Shown in pieces: positions 12,700 through 25,313 of a DNA stretch of 64,000 nt. The notes below the pieces were generated by a model. The model saw only the letters and a program-made list of their open reading frames with translations, was not told where the DNA came from and ran no database searches. The stretch is taken from contig NC_083409.1 of the NCBI RefSeq assembly GCF_020745735.1, positions 11,134,978-11,198,977 of the forward strand. Direction: 5' to 3'. The position numbers were made by a program, and so were the translations under genes. Source of the stretch: Hemiscyllium ocellatum (taxonomy: Eukaryota). The first letter of the stretch is position 1. Each line of letters opens with the position of its first letter.

Positions 12700-13260
12700 G
12701 ACACTGACACAGAGAGAGAAGCGAGACAAGCAGAGAGGTAGAGAGAGAGAGAGATAGAGAGAGAGATCAAGGGGTGGAAGGAGGAGCATCTGAGACATTT
12801 GAGATATTTGAGGGGACCAAGAGCGAGGTAGAGGGAGGTAGAAATGGTGAGGTTGAGGGATAACGAGAGAGAACAAGATGTGACTGAGAGGGATGGAGAG
12901 AGAGAAAGAGACAGGATGGGTGTGATACCAAGAGTGAAGGGAATTAGGAGAGACAAGGTAGGGTTGCGTGTGAGAGAGAGAGAGAGACACAGACAGAGAG
13001 AGAGAGACATGAGTATGGTTAGAGACAGAATCTCAGAGAGGGAGGGAGAGAGACTTTAGATTGGGATGCAGAGAGAGAGGGAGGGAGAGAGAGAGAGAGA
13101 CAGAGGGAGGAATAAAAAGGGGTAGTTAACATTTGGAGGTATTCAATTGAAGTGAGAGATGGAGTGAGCGATGGAGACAGAGAGATTATCTGATGAAATG
13201 TGGAAGTGTGAGTGAGTTGTAGAAAGTGGCTATGAGACAGAGAAAGAGAGAAAGACAAAT
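12700..13260. repeat. GA-rich polypurine low-complexity tract
   Basis: Degenerate (GA)n/(GAGACA)n runs; yields the spurious SLSL-type ORFs in the track. Confidence 0.85.
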
Positions 13261-14180
13261 GGACAGGTTCTTGGTCACCACATTCTAGGAAGGATGTGAT
13301 TGTACTTGAGAGGGGGCAGAGATTTACCAGGATGCTGCCTGGGCTGGAGGGCCAGCTATGAGGGGCGATTGGAAGGACTGGGGTTGTTTTCCTTGGAGCA
13401 GTGAAGGTTGAGAGGGAACCTCGTAGAGAGGTATAAAATTATTTGGGGCAGTGATACAGTGGGTAGGAAGGCACTTTTTACATGAGTAAAGGAATCAATA
13501 ACCAGGGACAGAGATTGAAGGTAACACAGACATGAACACGGAGAAACTAGGAGCAGGAATAGGCCATTCGCCCTTTGAGTCTGCTCTGTCATTCACTATA
13601 ATCGTGACTGATCCGCGCTCTCAAAACCATATTCCTGTTTTTCCCCCATTCCCTTCATGCTGTTAAAATGCAGAACAATTATCTCTCTCTTTTTCTTGGA
13701 TATATTCAGTTTCTTATCCTCCACAGCCTTCAGTGGTAGAGAATTCCACAGGTCGACCACTCTCTGAGTGAAGAAATGTTTCCTCATCTCAGTCCAAAAT
13801 GGTCTACCCTGTATCCTCCTGAGACTGTGTCCCCTGGTTCCAGACTCCCCACCCAGGGGACACCTCCTCCCTGCCCAGCCCTGTTGGAATTTTATACATT
13901 TCAATCAGATCCCCTCTCATCCTTCTAAACTTCAGTGAGTCCAGGCCCAGTCAAGTTGGAGAGTGTGAGTAGAGTTGAGGAGAAATGTTTACACCCAGAG
14001 GGTGGTGGGAGTCTGCAACTCACTGTCTGAAAGGCTGGTTGAGTCACAAACTGTCGAGACATTGGGGCAGTGTTTAGATATTCCCTTGTGTTGCTGTTGC
14101 CTCCAGGGTAATGGGCCAAGAGCTGGAGGATGGGATTAGTGTCATCAGATCTTTGTTTACCAGCACAGACACAATGGGCC
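13260..14180. mobile_element. Mixed-orientation CR1 3' fragments
   Basis: Peptide GESGTRGHSLRRIQGRPFWTEMRKHFFTQRVVDLWNSLP on the minus strand; plus-strand fragments on either side. Confidence 0.7.
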
Positions 14181-14306
14181 AAATGGTCTCATTCAGTGCT
14201 GTTCACATCAATGCCTCTCTGAGACAGAGAGAGAGAAGCGGAGAGAGAGAGAGAGAGAGAGAAGAGGAAATATGAGGTACTGACATGGCTCTCCCTGCCT
14301 GATGCC

Positions 14307-14360
14307 ATTTACATACTGAGGAACACCCAGTCAGACTCTCACAGGCTGCAGCTTTATAAA
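14307..14360 (+). promoter_or_regulatory. Ig V promoter: variant octamer and TATA box
   Basis: ATTTACAT at 14307-14314 (1 mismatch to ATTTGCAT) and TATAAA at 14355-14360, upstream of the leader ATG at 14421. This matches light-chain promoter geometry. Confidence 0.7.
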
Positions 14361-14420
14361 GCAGAACCCAGTGAAGGGAGAGTTTATCAGGAACCAGGCA
14401 CAGGGACAGGAGCACACACC

Positions 14421-14941
14421 ATGATTTCACACATCCAGCTGATCTGGCCCCTGGCATTCTGTGTCGCAGGTACAAATCTCTCTCCTTCCACCTTGAATCT
14501 TTAGCTGCTCTCCATTTAACTCCAATTCCACTGACTTGTGATTGAAGGGAAAATGCTGAAACCAGAGGAATGCTCAGTGTCTCCAACAATCTCTCATTTG
14601 GCAGGCTCTATCTATGACAGTTCTGACTTCACTGTGTTTCTCTCTGACCTCTCAGGTATCAATGGGGACATCATCATGAGCCAGTCTGTCGGTGGGACGG
14701 GGCCAGACTGCAACCATCACCTGTACAGCCAGTGAAGACATTATCACTTACCTTGCTTGGTACCAGCAGCGTGAAGGTCAGAAACCCTCTCTCCTGATCT
14801 ACAATGCAGCAACTCGATTCACAGGAGTCTCCGATCGATTCACCGGCAGTGGATCAGGGACCAGTTTCACCCTGACAATCAGCAACGTTCAGAATGAAGG
14901 TGTCGCTGACTATTACTGTCAGCAGCGTTACACCAGGCCTT
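14421..14941 (+). pseudogene. IGKV: Ig kappa-type (NS4-like) V segment, frameshifted
   Basis: Leader exon 14421-14469 (MISHIQLIWPLAFCVA-G), GT-AG intron 14470-14655, V exon from 14656 ([11 protein letters not shown]). The spliced frame stops at 14733-14735. The rest of the V domain (TATITCTAS...LAWYQQ...[13 protein letters not shown]...ADYYCQQ) is in another frame, implying about 11 nt deleted in FR1 (QSPPVLSV expected). Confidence 0.95.
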
Positions 14942-14969
14942 CCCAGTGATACAAAGCCGTAAAAAAATC
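14942..14969 (+). promoter_or_regulatory. V 12-bp-spacer RSS, degenerate
   Basis: CCCAGTG (14942-14948), 12-nt spacer ATACAAAGCCGT, AAAAAAATC (14961-14969). The conserved CAC of the heptamer is changed to CCC. Confidence 0.9.
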
Positions 14970-15415
14970 TCAATACACACAGCACCACCTCCTGTACTGA
15001 CACATTCATAACTACATGTTGTATGTAATAATAGACACTCAACCCTACTTCCACTACCAATACACATAGTTAGATATAAATGAAACTTTACAAATTAACC
15101 CCATGCTGGGTTTGTCACTGTCCACATCACACTCCAGTCTCTGTGCTGTACACGACTCACTGAAGGCCTCAAGTTTCCCTCTTACACTCCATGGCCACAT
15201 GTGAAGAACAGCTGCAAGATTTAACATCGAAAAATAAAGTTCACAAATCGCCCGAGTGCAGCTGGACACATCTCATCGAGAAAAACAGAATGAGTGAAAC
15301 AGAGAGGGAGAAAGACATGAATGAGGAAGAGACAGAGAGAGGCAGGGAGAGTCTGAGGGTGAATGAGACACAGACAGGGAGAGGGTGAGAGTGATGAAGG
15401 GAAGCAGAGAGCAGA

Positions 15416-15454
15416 GGTTTTTCTACAGCTTCTACACTGGGAGCTCTCACTGTG
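15416..15454 (-). promoter_or_regulatory. J 23-bp-spacer RSS
   Basis: GGTTTTTCT (15416-15424), exactly 23 nt, then CACTGTG (15448-15454). Perfect heptamer and 8/9 nonamer. Confidence 0.95.
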
Positions 15455-15489
15455 GTACACATTCAGTAAAGGAACCAAGCTCAGACTGA
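15455..15489 (+). pseudogene. IGKJ: Ig kappa-type J segment with FGxG altered to FSKG
   Basis: Encodes YTFSKGTKLRL followed by the phase-1 donor A|GTAAGT at 15490. Confidence 0.93.
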
Positions 15490-16022
15490 GTAAGTAAACC
15501 TCAATCCTTCGTTATTAAGCACTGAAACTTTCTAAAACACAAATGCTGAATTGTAGAGTCATAAAGTCATTGCGACGTACAGCATGGAAACAGACCCTTT
15601 GGTCCAACACTTCCATGCTGACTAGATATCCCAATCCAATCTAGTCCGACCTGCCAGCACACTGCCCATATTCCTCCAAACCCTTCCTATTCATATACCC
15701 ATCCAAATGCTCTTAAATGTTGCAATTATACCACCCTCCAATTGTTGAAGGTATTAGTGGGGAGCTGCAATGAATGAAATGGTTGATTGAGGAGCACTGT
15801 ATCTAACAGGATGTACAGCTGTATGTCTGTCGTCCTATTGCCCCCAGTCAGTAAGTTTTACTCACTGTGTGGTGGAGCTCTGTCCATTTGCAGCCTGTGG
15901 TCCCATTCCTGCAGCATGGAGTGAAATCAGTGAGTAGCCTCCTGCCAGTCTCAGTGTGACAGACCCGAGTTTGATGTGAGCTCTTGCTCCCTGTCCCAGT
16001 CTCTGATCTCAATGACCTCAAT

Positions 16023-16043
16023 AGCAGCAGCAGCAGCAGCAGC
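16023..16043. repeat. (AGC)7 microsatellite
   Basis: Directly visible. Confidence 0.9.
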
Positions 16044-16099
16044 ACAGTGAGACACCGAGCTCCCACCACCCCCAGCTTTAACTCTGCTCAATCACACAA

Positions 16100-19000
16100 T
16101 CACAGAACTGTTACAGTGCACAAGGAGACCATTCTGCCCACCCTGTCTCTACTGGCTCTCTGAATGAGCAATTCACTGAGTGTCATTCTCCTGCCTTCTA
16201 CCTGTCACCCTGCACATTGTTCCTTTTCAAATAACAGTCTCATTCCCTTCAGAATGTTTTAATTGAAGCTGCCTCCACCACACTCTCAGGCAGTGCATTC
16301 CACACCTTAACCACCCACTGGCTGAAAATGTTTTTTCCTCATTTTACTTTTGTTTCTTTGAACAATTACTTTCAATCTGTGGCCTCTCGCACTCAATCCT
16401 TTTCCCGATTGGGAATATTTTCTCCGTATTTACTGGATCCAAACCCCTCATGATGCTGAATTTCTTGAACAAACCTCCTCTCAGCCTTCTCTTCTCTCAG
16501 GAACTCAGTCCCGACTTCTCCGATCCACCTTCATCACTGACGTTCCTCACTACTGGAATGAGCTTTGGTTTCTCCTGATAGCTCAAACCCTCCAGTCCCG
16601 GCAACAGATGAACAACACCTTTGCTCAGCAACACTCCACAGGGCCCGACAATTCACTGTATGGGTTCTCCCTGGTTTGGCTTTCCGAAATGCAGCATCTC
16701 ACTTTCTCTATATTGAACACATCTGCCACTCCTCCACCCATTGCCTTATCTGATCAAGGTCCCGCTGTACTCTGAAATAATCTTCTTTACTATATACTGC
16801 ATAGTATAATATACAGTTAGTAAACTCACGATTTGTCACACCTACATTCACATCCAAATCATGCTTTCAAATTACAAAAGTCAGCATCAATCCTTGTGGC
16901 ATACCACTGGTCACAGACCCCCAGTCTGAAAATTAGCTCCCTGCCAACATTCTTTGTCTCCTATCTTCAAGCTAATTTTATATCCAAATTGTACCCCTGG
17001 ATCCCATGTGATCTAACCTTTCTAACCTGTGTACTATGTGGAATCTTGTGAAATACTTTGCTGAAGTCCATGTTGAAAATGTCTGCCTTTATCAATCTTC
17101 TTTGCCACTACTTCAAAAAACCTCCATCCCTCAGAATCCCCTCAAAACAATGTACCCACCGCTGACATCAGGCTCAACGGTCTATATTTCCCTGGCTTTT
17201 CCTTACAGCCTTTCTGAAATAATGGCACAGCATTAGCCAACCTCTCCAGTTCTCTGGCTCCTCACCCATGGCTGTTAATGACACAAATATCTCAGCAAGG
17301 GGCCCAGCAATCTCTTCCCAAGATTCACACAGTATTCTGGGATACACCTGATCAGATCCCAGAAGCTGTAAAAAAATCTCAATACACACAGCACCACCTC
17401 CTGTACTGACACATTCATAACTACATGTTGTATGTAATAATAGACACTCAACCCTACTTCCACTACCAATATACATAGTTAGATATAAATGAAACTTTAC
17501 AACTTAACCCCATGCTGGGTTTGTCACTGTCCACATCCACTGTTCCCTGGCTTCCATGTCATTCTCCACAGTAAACACAGCTGCAAATTATTTGTTTAAG
17601 ATCTCACCCATCTCCTCTGTCTTACCAAAAAGCAGCACCTTGCATTTATCTGAATTAAACTCCATCTGCCATTCCTCCGCCCAATGGCCCAGTTGATCAA
17701 GATCCCTTTGTGCTCTCAGATAATCTTCTTCAGCGTCCACTATGCCACCAATTTTGGTGTCTTCCACAAATGTACTAATGATTCATCCTTTCTTCACATA
17801 CAAATCATTTATATAAATAGTGAACAACAATAGCACAAGGTTCCACAAAAAAAAACTGATGACAATCCCAAATCAGTCCTTGCCTTTCCAAATGCATGTA
17901 GATGCTGTCTCTCAGAATTCCTTCCAACAACTTACACACCACTGGTGTTAGACTCACTGGCCTGTAGTTCCTTGGCTTTTCCTCGCAGCGTTTCCTCAAT
18001 AATGGCACAACATTAGCCACCCTCGAATCAGACAGCAACTCACCCATGACTGTTGATAATACAAATATATCGGCAAGGGATACAGCAATCTCTTCTCTAG
18101 CTTCTCACATTGTCCTGGGATACACTTAGAGTCATCGATCAGATTTATCAAATTTATGCATTTTACGAGCTCCTCTTCTGTAATGAGGATTCTTGTCAAG
18201 ACATTGTTATTTATTTCCCTGAGTTCCCAAGCTTTCATGTCTTTCTCCCCAGTATATATATTCGTGAAATATCCCTTTAGGATGTCACCTGTCTTCTCTG
18301 GGCCCACACATATGTGACCTCATTTATCCTTAAGGGGTGTTATTCAGTCCCCAGCTAATCTTTTGCCCTTTTATTATTCAAAGAACACAGAACATAGAAC
18401 ATTACAGCACAGTACAGGCCCTTCAGTCCTCGATGTTGCACTGAGGTGTGGAACCCATCTGTAGCCTATCTATCCCACACTATTCCATTTTCATTCCACA
18501 TGTTTATCCAATAACCATTTCAATGCCCTTAAAGTTGGCAAATATACCACTGTTGCAGGCAGTGCATTCCACTCCCCTAATTCTCTCTGAATAAAGAAGC
18601 TACCCCTGACATCTGTCCAAAATTTATCACCGCTCAATTTGAAGTAATGTCCCCTCATGCTATCCATCACCATCTGGGGAAAAAGGCTCTCACTGTCCAC
18701 CCTTTCTAATCCTCTGATTATCTTGTATGTCTCAATTAAGTCATCTCTCAACCTTCTTCCCTCTAATGAAAACAGTCTCAAATCCCTTAGCCTTTCCTCA
18801 TAAGACCTTTCCTCCATACCAGGTAACATCCTAGTCAATCTCCTCTGAACCCTTTCCAAAGCTTCCACATCCTCCCAATAATGCTGTGACCAGAATTGTA
18901 CGCAATACCCCAAGTGCGGCCGCACCAGAGTTTTGTACAGCTGCAACATGACCTCATGGCTCCAAAACTCAATCGCTCTGCCAATAAAAGCTAACATACA

Positions 19001-22000
19001 AACCTTACGCCTTCTTAACAACCCTATCAACCTGGGTGGCAACTTTCACAAATCTATGTATATGGACACCAAGATCTCTCTGCTCATCTATACTACCAAG
19101 AATCTTACCATTAGCCCAGTACTCTTTATTCCTGTTGCACTTTCCAAAATGAATCATCTCACACTTGTCCACATTAAACTCCATTTGTCACCTCTCAGAC
19201 CGCCTCTGCAGCTTATCTATATACTTGTGTAATCTACAATATCCTTCGGCACTATCCACAACTACACTGACCTCAGTGCCATTCGCAAAATTACTAACCC
19301 ATCCTTCTGCACCCTCATCAAGCTCATTTATAAAAATGACAATCAACAATGACTCCAAAACAGATCCTTGTGTAACACCACTAGTAACTGAACTGCAGGA
19401 TGAACATTTCCCATCAACCATCACCCTCTGTCCTCTTTCAGCAAGCCAATGTCTGATCCAAACCACTAAGTCACCCTCAATCCGATGCCTCTGTATTTTG
19501 TGCAATACCCTACCGTGGGGAACCTTATCAAATGCCTTACTGAAATTCATATACATCACATCAACCACTTTACCCTCATCCCCCTGTTTGGTCACCATCT
19601 CAAAGAACTTAATCAGGTTTGTGAGACACGACCTACCCTTCATAAAACCTTGTTGAGTGTCCCAAATCAACTTATTTCTCTCTGGATGATTATAAATCCT
19701 ATCTCTTAGAAATTTTTCGAACACTTACCAACAACCGAAGTAAGGCTCACTGGTCAGGTTTGTCTCGACTCCCCTTCTTAAAATCTCCTTTTTATTCACT
19801 TTAATTCTTCCACTTCTGCCCTCAAAAGGGCTCAGGAATTGCTTGCCCTCCCTTAAGTATACTTCGACTGTTCCTGATCTATATCCCATATTATTCACCT
19901 CAGGAATTTCTTGCCAACCTTTGACTTTAGATTATTCAGAGCTGATGTGTCCTTACTCCATGGAAGTTGGTGCTTTCCCCATTTGGTCATTTTGACCCCC
20001 GAATGGCCTTTGTTCTTTTCCACTGTCTCCCTAAACTTTGCGATACAATGATCACTCTTCCCTAAATGTCCTCTCACTGACACTTGATCTACTTGAGCCT
20101 CCTCATTCCCAAAATCCAGGCTGAGCAGAGCCTCCTTTCTCATTGGATTGGAAACACACAACTGGAGAAAATTCACCTGAATACACTCCCACAATGCTGG
20201 CCAAGATCTGCCTATGACACTGCTCCAATCACAGGCTAAATTCAGATAATTAAAGTCCCCCATTATAATAACTCAGTAATGGTTCCAGTTCTCTGTAAGT
20301 TACTTGGAGATTTATTCCTCTGCATCCAGCCCACTGGTTGGTGAAACATAGACTGCACTGAGGATTCTGTGTTCATAGAGTCAGAGAGAAACAGACTCTT
20401 CGGTCCAACCCATCCATGCCGATGAGATATCCCATCCCAATCTAGTCCCACCTGCCAGCACCTGGCCCATATCCTTCCAAACCCTTCCTATTCTTATACC
20501 CATCCAAATGCCTCTTAAATGTTGCAATTGTACCAGCCTCCACCACATCCTCTGGCACCTCATTCCATGCATGTACCACCCTCTGCATGAAAAAGTTGCC
20601 CCTTTTATATCTTTCCCCTCACACCCTAAACCTATGCCCTCTAGTTCTGGATTCCCCTACCCCAGGGAAAAGACTTTGCCTATTTATCCTATCCATGCCT
20701 CTCATAATTTTGTAAACCTCTATAAGGTCACCCCTCAGCCTCCGACACTCCAGGGAAAACAGCCCCAGCCTGTTCAGCCTCTCCCAGTAGCTCAGATCCT
20801 CCAACCTTGGCAACATCCTTGTAAGTCTTTTCTGAACCCTTTCAAGTTTTGCAACATCTTTCCGATAGGAAGGAGACCAGAATTGCACGCAATATTCCAA
20901 CAGTGGCCTCACCAATGTCCTGTGCAGCCGCAACATGACCTCCCAGTCCTTGGCGTTCCTCTCTGATGTTGCATCCTGGTTTCCATAGCCCTGCCAAATT
21001 AGTTTAAATCCTCCCCAATAACACTTAACAAATTACCCCACAAGGAAATCTGTCCTAGCTCTGATCAGGAGCAATCCACCTGTTCTCTTCAAGTCCCGTC
21101 TCCCCCAGACCCAGTCCTGGTGTCCCAACAATCAAAAATCCTCCCTCCTGGATCCTCTCTCCATCCCCACAGTCACCTGACTTATCCTCCAGTTCCTATT
21201 CTCACTTGCATGGAGCACTGGAAATAATCTGGAGATTCCTACATTTTAGTTCCTGCTGCTAATTCCTTCCTGAGCTCCCTAAATTCTGACTGCAGGACCA
21301 CATCACTTTTCTCCCGCTGTCACTGGGACCGATGTGGACCATGACTGTTGCCTATTCCCCCCGCTCCCCTCAGGGTGTTGTGCAGTCGCTCAGTCACATC
21401 CTTGACCCTGGCACCAGGGAGACAACACACCATCCTGGATTCCCATCTGCAGCTGCAGAAACTCCTATCGATAGCCCTCACTCTCAAATCTCCTCTTACT
21501 ATCGCTCTTCCAGTCTTCCTTGTGCCCCCCTGGACAGCTGAGCCCCCATGGTGCCATGGAATTGGCTCTGGCTGCACTCCCCAGATGAACCATCATTCTC
21601 ATCAGGATTCTGAAATGAGTCCTGGTTGGAGAGTGGGATGCACTCAAGGGATTCCTGTACTAGCTGCTTGGTCCTTTTGGACTGTCTGCTGCTCCCCCAT
21701 TCCCTCTCTCCCTGCATACGCTGAAGCTGCAGAGTGACCACATCAAGAAACTTGCTCTCCACGGAGCTCTCAGCCTCACGGACGCTCTGCACTGACACCA
21801 GCTGCTGCTCAAGCTCCAAAACCCGGAGCTCCAACTGCTGTCACTGACCACACTTCCTGCTGTCATGGTGGGAAGCATTCAGGACCTAGCAATCTCTGTG
21901 TGAAGTACCCTCAATGACATGGCCTCCATATCTTTCTTCAGCAGTGAGTTCCACAGGTTCACAAACCTATGGTGGAAGGAATTCCTCCTTATCTCACTTC

Positions 22001-23630
22001 AAAAGGGTCTTCCCTTCACTCTGCCGTTGGGTCCCGGTCTCTTCCCCTGTTGGAAACATCTTCTCTGTGTCCACTCTAGACAGGTCTCTCAGCATTCTGT
22101 AAGTTTCAATGAGATTCCTCTCATCCTTCTGAACTCCATTGAATCCTCAACTGTTCCTCATATGATAAGCCCTTCATCCCCAAGATCATTCTTTTAAAAC
22201 TCTTCTGTACACCCTCCAATGCCTGCACATTCTTCCTTATATACAGGGCCCAAAACTGCTCACAATACATGAATTGTGTTCTGACCAGAGCCTTATACAG
22301 CTTCAGCAATACGTCCCTGTTCTTGTATTCCAGCCTTCGCGAAATGAATGCTGACATTGCATTTGTGCTCCTAACTGCCAACTGAACCAACATGCTAACG
22401 TTGAGAAAAACCTGATTATGACTCCTCAATCCCTTTGTGATTCAGATTTCTGAATCCTTTCCTCATTTAGTAAACAGTCTATGCCTTTATCCTTCCTACT
22501 AAAGTGCATAAGCTCACACTTTCCCACATTGTATTCAATCTGCCACTTCTTTGTCCACTCTCTGAGCCAGATCAACTCCTTCTTCAGATTCTCCACTTCC
22601 TCAACATGGTCCCTCCACTTATCTTTGTGTTGCCTGCAGATTTGACAGCAATGCCATCAGATCCTTTATTCAGATCATTAATTAATAATTCATTCATAAC
22701 TGTAGTCCCAGCATGGACCTTAGCATAACCACAGTAGTCACCGGTTGCCATCCTGAAAAAGATCCTTTTATCCCACTCTCTGCCTTCTGCCAGGCGGCCA
22801 AGCTTCTATCCATGCCAGGACCTTGTCCCTAACATCACGGTCTCTTCTCTTCTTTAGTAGCATCCTGTACGGCACATTGTCAAATGCTTCCTGTACATCC
22901 AAATAGATCACGTCCACTGGTTCTCATTTATCTCACTTGTTCATTCCTTCCTCCAAGAGTTCGAACAGATTTGTCAGGCCTCCCCTTGATGAAGCCATGC
23001 TGACACAGCCCGACTTGACCATACACTTCCAACTCCCCTGCAATCTCATCCTTAAACTGAAGTCTATGATCTTACTGAAGACTGAGGTGAGACTAGCCAG
23101 CCTATAATTTCCCATCTTCTGCCTCCCTCCTTTCCTAAACAGGGGAGTTACATTAACCATTTTACAGTCCTCTTGGACTCTCCCTGACTCCAGTGATTCC
23201 TGAAAGATCACCATCAATACCTCCACAATCTGCTCAGCTATCTCCTTCAAACTCTGGGATGTTGTCTATCCACTCCGGCTGATCTATCCATCTCAGAACT
23301 TCCAGCTTCCCCAGCACCTTCTCCTCGGTGATAACCATTACTCTCATCCCTGCCCCTGAATCTCTTTAAGTTCTGGTATACTACTGGTGTCTTCCACCAT
23401 GAAGACTGATGTAAAGTCACTATTCAGATCCTCTGCCATTTCCTTGTTCCCTGTTAGTACTTCTCCAGCCTCATTTTCCAGCATCCCAACATCCAGTCTT
23501 GCCTTCCTCTTAGCTTTTATATTTCAACAAAAAAAGTCTTGCAATCTTCTTTTATATTACCAGCTGGCTTACCCTCGTATTTCATCTTCTATCCCCTTAT
23601 TACATTTTTAGTTATAAGCTTACAGGATCT
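16100..23630 (-). mobile_element. Stack of nested and adjacent decayed CR1 fragments filling the J-C intron
   Basis: Minus-strand RT, endonuclease and ORF1 peptides: LVRPHLGYCVQFWS (18491-19042), GRSCLTNLIKFFE (19188-19724), MGDFNYLN (19895-20263), LLEYCVQFWSP (20619-20936), ORF1 coiled-coil/esterase ELRVLELEQQL...VCCLPGARVKDV (21320-21834). Confidence 0.85.
17363..17537 (+). repeat. 175-bp direct copy of 14954-15128 (V-RSS spacer end, nonamer and V-J intervening DNA)
   Basis: Colinear, ungapped match with about 3 substitutions. The ORF track shows the same peptide MVVEVGLSVYYYIQHVVMNVSVQEVVLCVLRFFY at both places. Confidence 0.95.
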
Positions 23631-24240
23631 GTGGGTTTTAAAATAGAGAATAAAGTATAAAAGCAAGGAACTGATGCTCCACCTCTATAAATCACTGATT
23701 AGACCAGATTTGAGGATTGTGTTCAGTTCTGAGCACCTTATTTAAAGAACAATATTAAAACCCTGGAGAGAGTTCAAAGGAGTTTTATTGGAATGATACC
23801 AGGAATGAAGGATTGTCGATACAAGGAAAGATTTGAGAGATTGGGCTTATTCTGCTCTGAGCAGAGAAGATTAAGAGGTGATCTTATAGAGTTGTTCACT
23901 GTTTTGAACAATTTTTGACAGTGTTAAGGAGGATATTCTGTTTCCATGAGTTGGTATGTCTGTAACTATGGGTAACAATTTCAAGATTGTCAGCAGGACA
24001 GCCAGGAGTGAGGTGAGGAGGAATGTCTTTACGAAGAGAGTTGTTAGGATTTGGAAACTGCTGCCTGACAGGATGGTGGAGGTGGATTCTGTTGGAGGTT
24101 TCAACGTGTATATTTGAAATTGATGAAGTTAGAGGGCAACAGAGATCAGACTGGAGAGTGGGGCTGGCTGGACAGCACTTTCTAGAACCAGGACAGACAT
24201 GATGGGTTGAATAGCCTCCTTTTGTACTGTAAATTCTATT
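23630..24240 (+). mobile_element. Decayed CR1 3' fragment
   Basis: Plus-strand LYKSLIRPDL...LERVQ-like codons and a CR1 tail near 24200-24240. Confidence 0.7.
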
Positions 24241-24979
24241 ATTCCATTTCATCCTGTCAGCTCTTTGCCTTCCTCTGGTCTTGTTCAATTTCACTCCTGC
24301 ATTTTCTATCCTTCTCTCAGCTTTCTGCAGGATTGAACACGAGATAACCAACATCACCTTCCCTGTTTGGTCTGACCTACTCTGCCTGTTTTGACACATC
24401 CCGGACTGAGAGTCTAGATTTGTACATCCCCACCCTCACCCTTTGTGGGAACAGATTCTGAATGATCTCTGTCTCGTCCTTCAAGGGCTCCCACTGCCCT
24501 GACACTGAGTTCCCGTCCAGTCGCTGTTTCCAGTCCACCTTTACCAAATCACCGCACAATTTAGTAAAATGGTTCATTTCCAAATGAAAACTTTTACCCA
24601 GGCTCCATGGTTCTCCATTTCCATCCCTAATCTCAATGTCACTAATTTCTGATCACGATCACTGAAATGCTCCCCCAGTGGTAACCCTTCCAGCTGCCCA
24701 CAGTCATTCTATAAACAATGGTCTAAAACTGTCCCTTCTCTCTCTGATGCGTCACCATCACCTTCTCAGGGGCAATTAGGGATGGGCAATAAACGCTGGC
24801 CCTGCCAGTGTCATTCACATCCCAAGAAGCAATTTGAACAATGCCTGTTCTTTTGTCTGGTTTGTTAGGTATTGACTACAAATGTTCAAATGGATTGTTT
24901 TGCCAGTTAATGTTCGAAGAGTTGAAACCCCTTTGAATTAAAATTTGAAGGGATTACAATTGTTTCTCTTGTCTTTCAG

Positions 24980-25313
24980 GTTTTGACAACCCAGCCCAAG
25001 CTGACCCTGCTGCCCCCCCCCACCCTCCCAGGAACAGGTCAATGCCAAGGGCACTGCCACCCTGGTGTGCCTTGCCAACCATTTCTATCCCGATGAGCTG
25101 GAGGTGCAGTGGAAGAAGGACGGTGCTGTCATTTCGTACAGGGTACAGACCAGCAACTACCTGCGAGCTTCGGACAGCACCTACAGTGTCAGCAGCCTGC
25201 TGACCCTCTCTGGGTCTGACTGGGAGTCCAACGCTCGTTTCTCCTGTGCTCTCACCCACGTGACCCTCACCTCTCCCCTCAGCAAGAGCATCATGAGATC
25301 TGAATGTGTGTAG
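24980..25313 (+). pseudogene. IGKC: Ig kappa-type C exon copy 1, frameshifted near its 5' end
   Basis: Acceptor TTTCAG| at 24979. The C-domain frame reads VCLANHFYPDELEVQWKKDG...FSCALTHVTLTSPLSKSIMRSECV*. Relative to copy 2 there is a -2 nt and a +7 nt indel in the first 60 nt, so the J-spliced frame is out of register. Confidence 0.93.

Noticed and set aside
12636-13258. ORFs rich in SL or ER dipeptides
   Set aside because: Artefacts of the GA/TC low-complexity tract.
14421-15489. Germline-joined VJ gene, as known in some shark light chains
   Set aside because: V and J are separate, each with its RSS and about 500 bp of intervening DNA.
15863-16070. Extra heptamers (CACTGTG at 15863, CACAGTG at 16043) as a second J or D
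   Set aside because: No nonamer at 12 or 23 nt and no FGxG-type coding sequence or donor.
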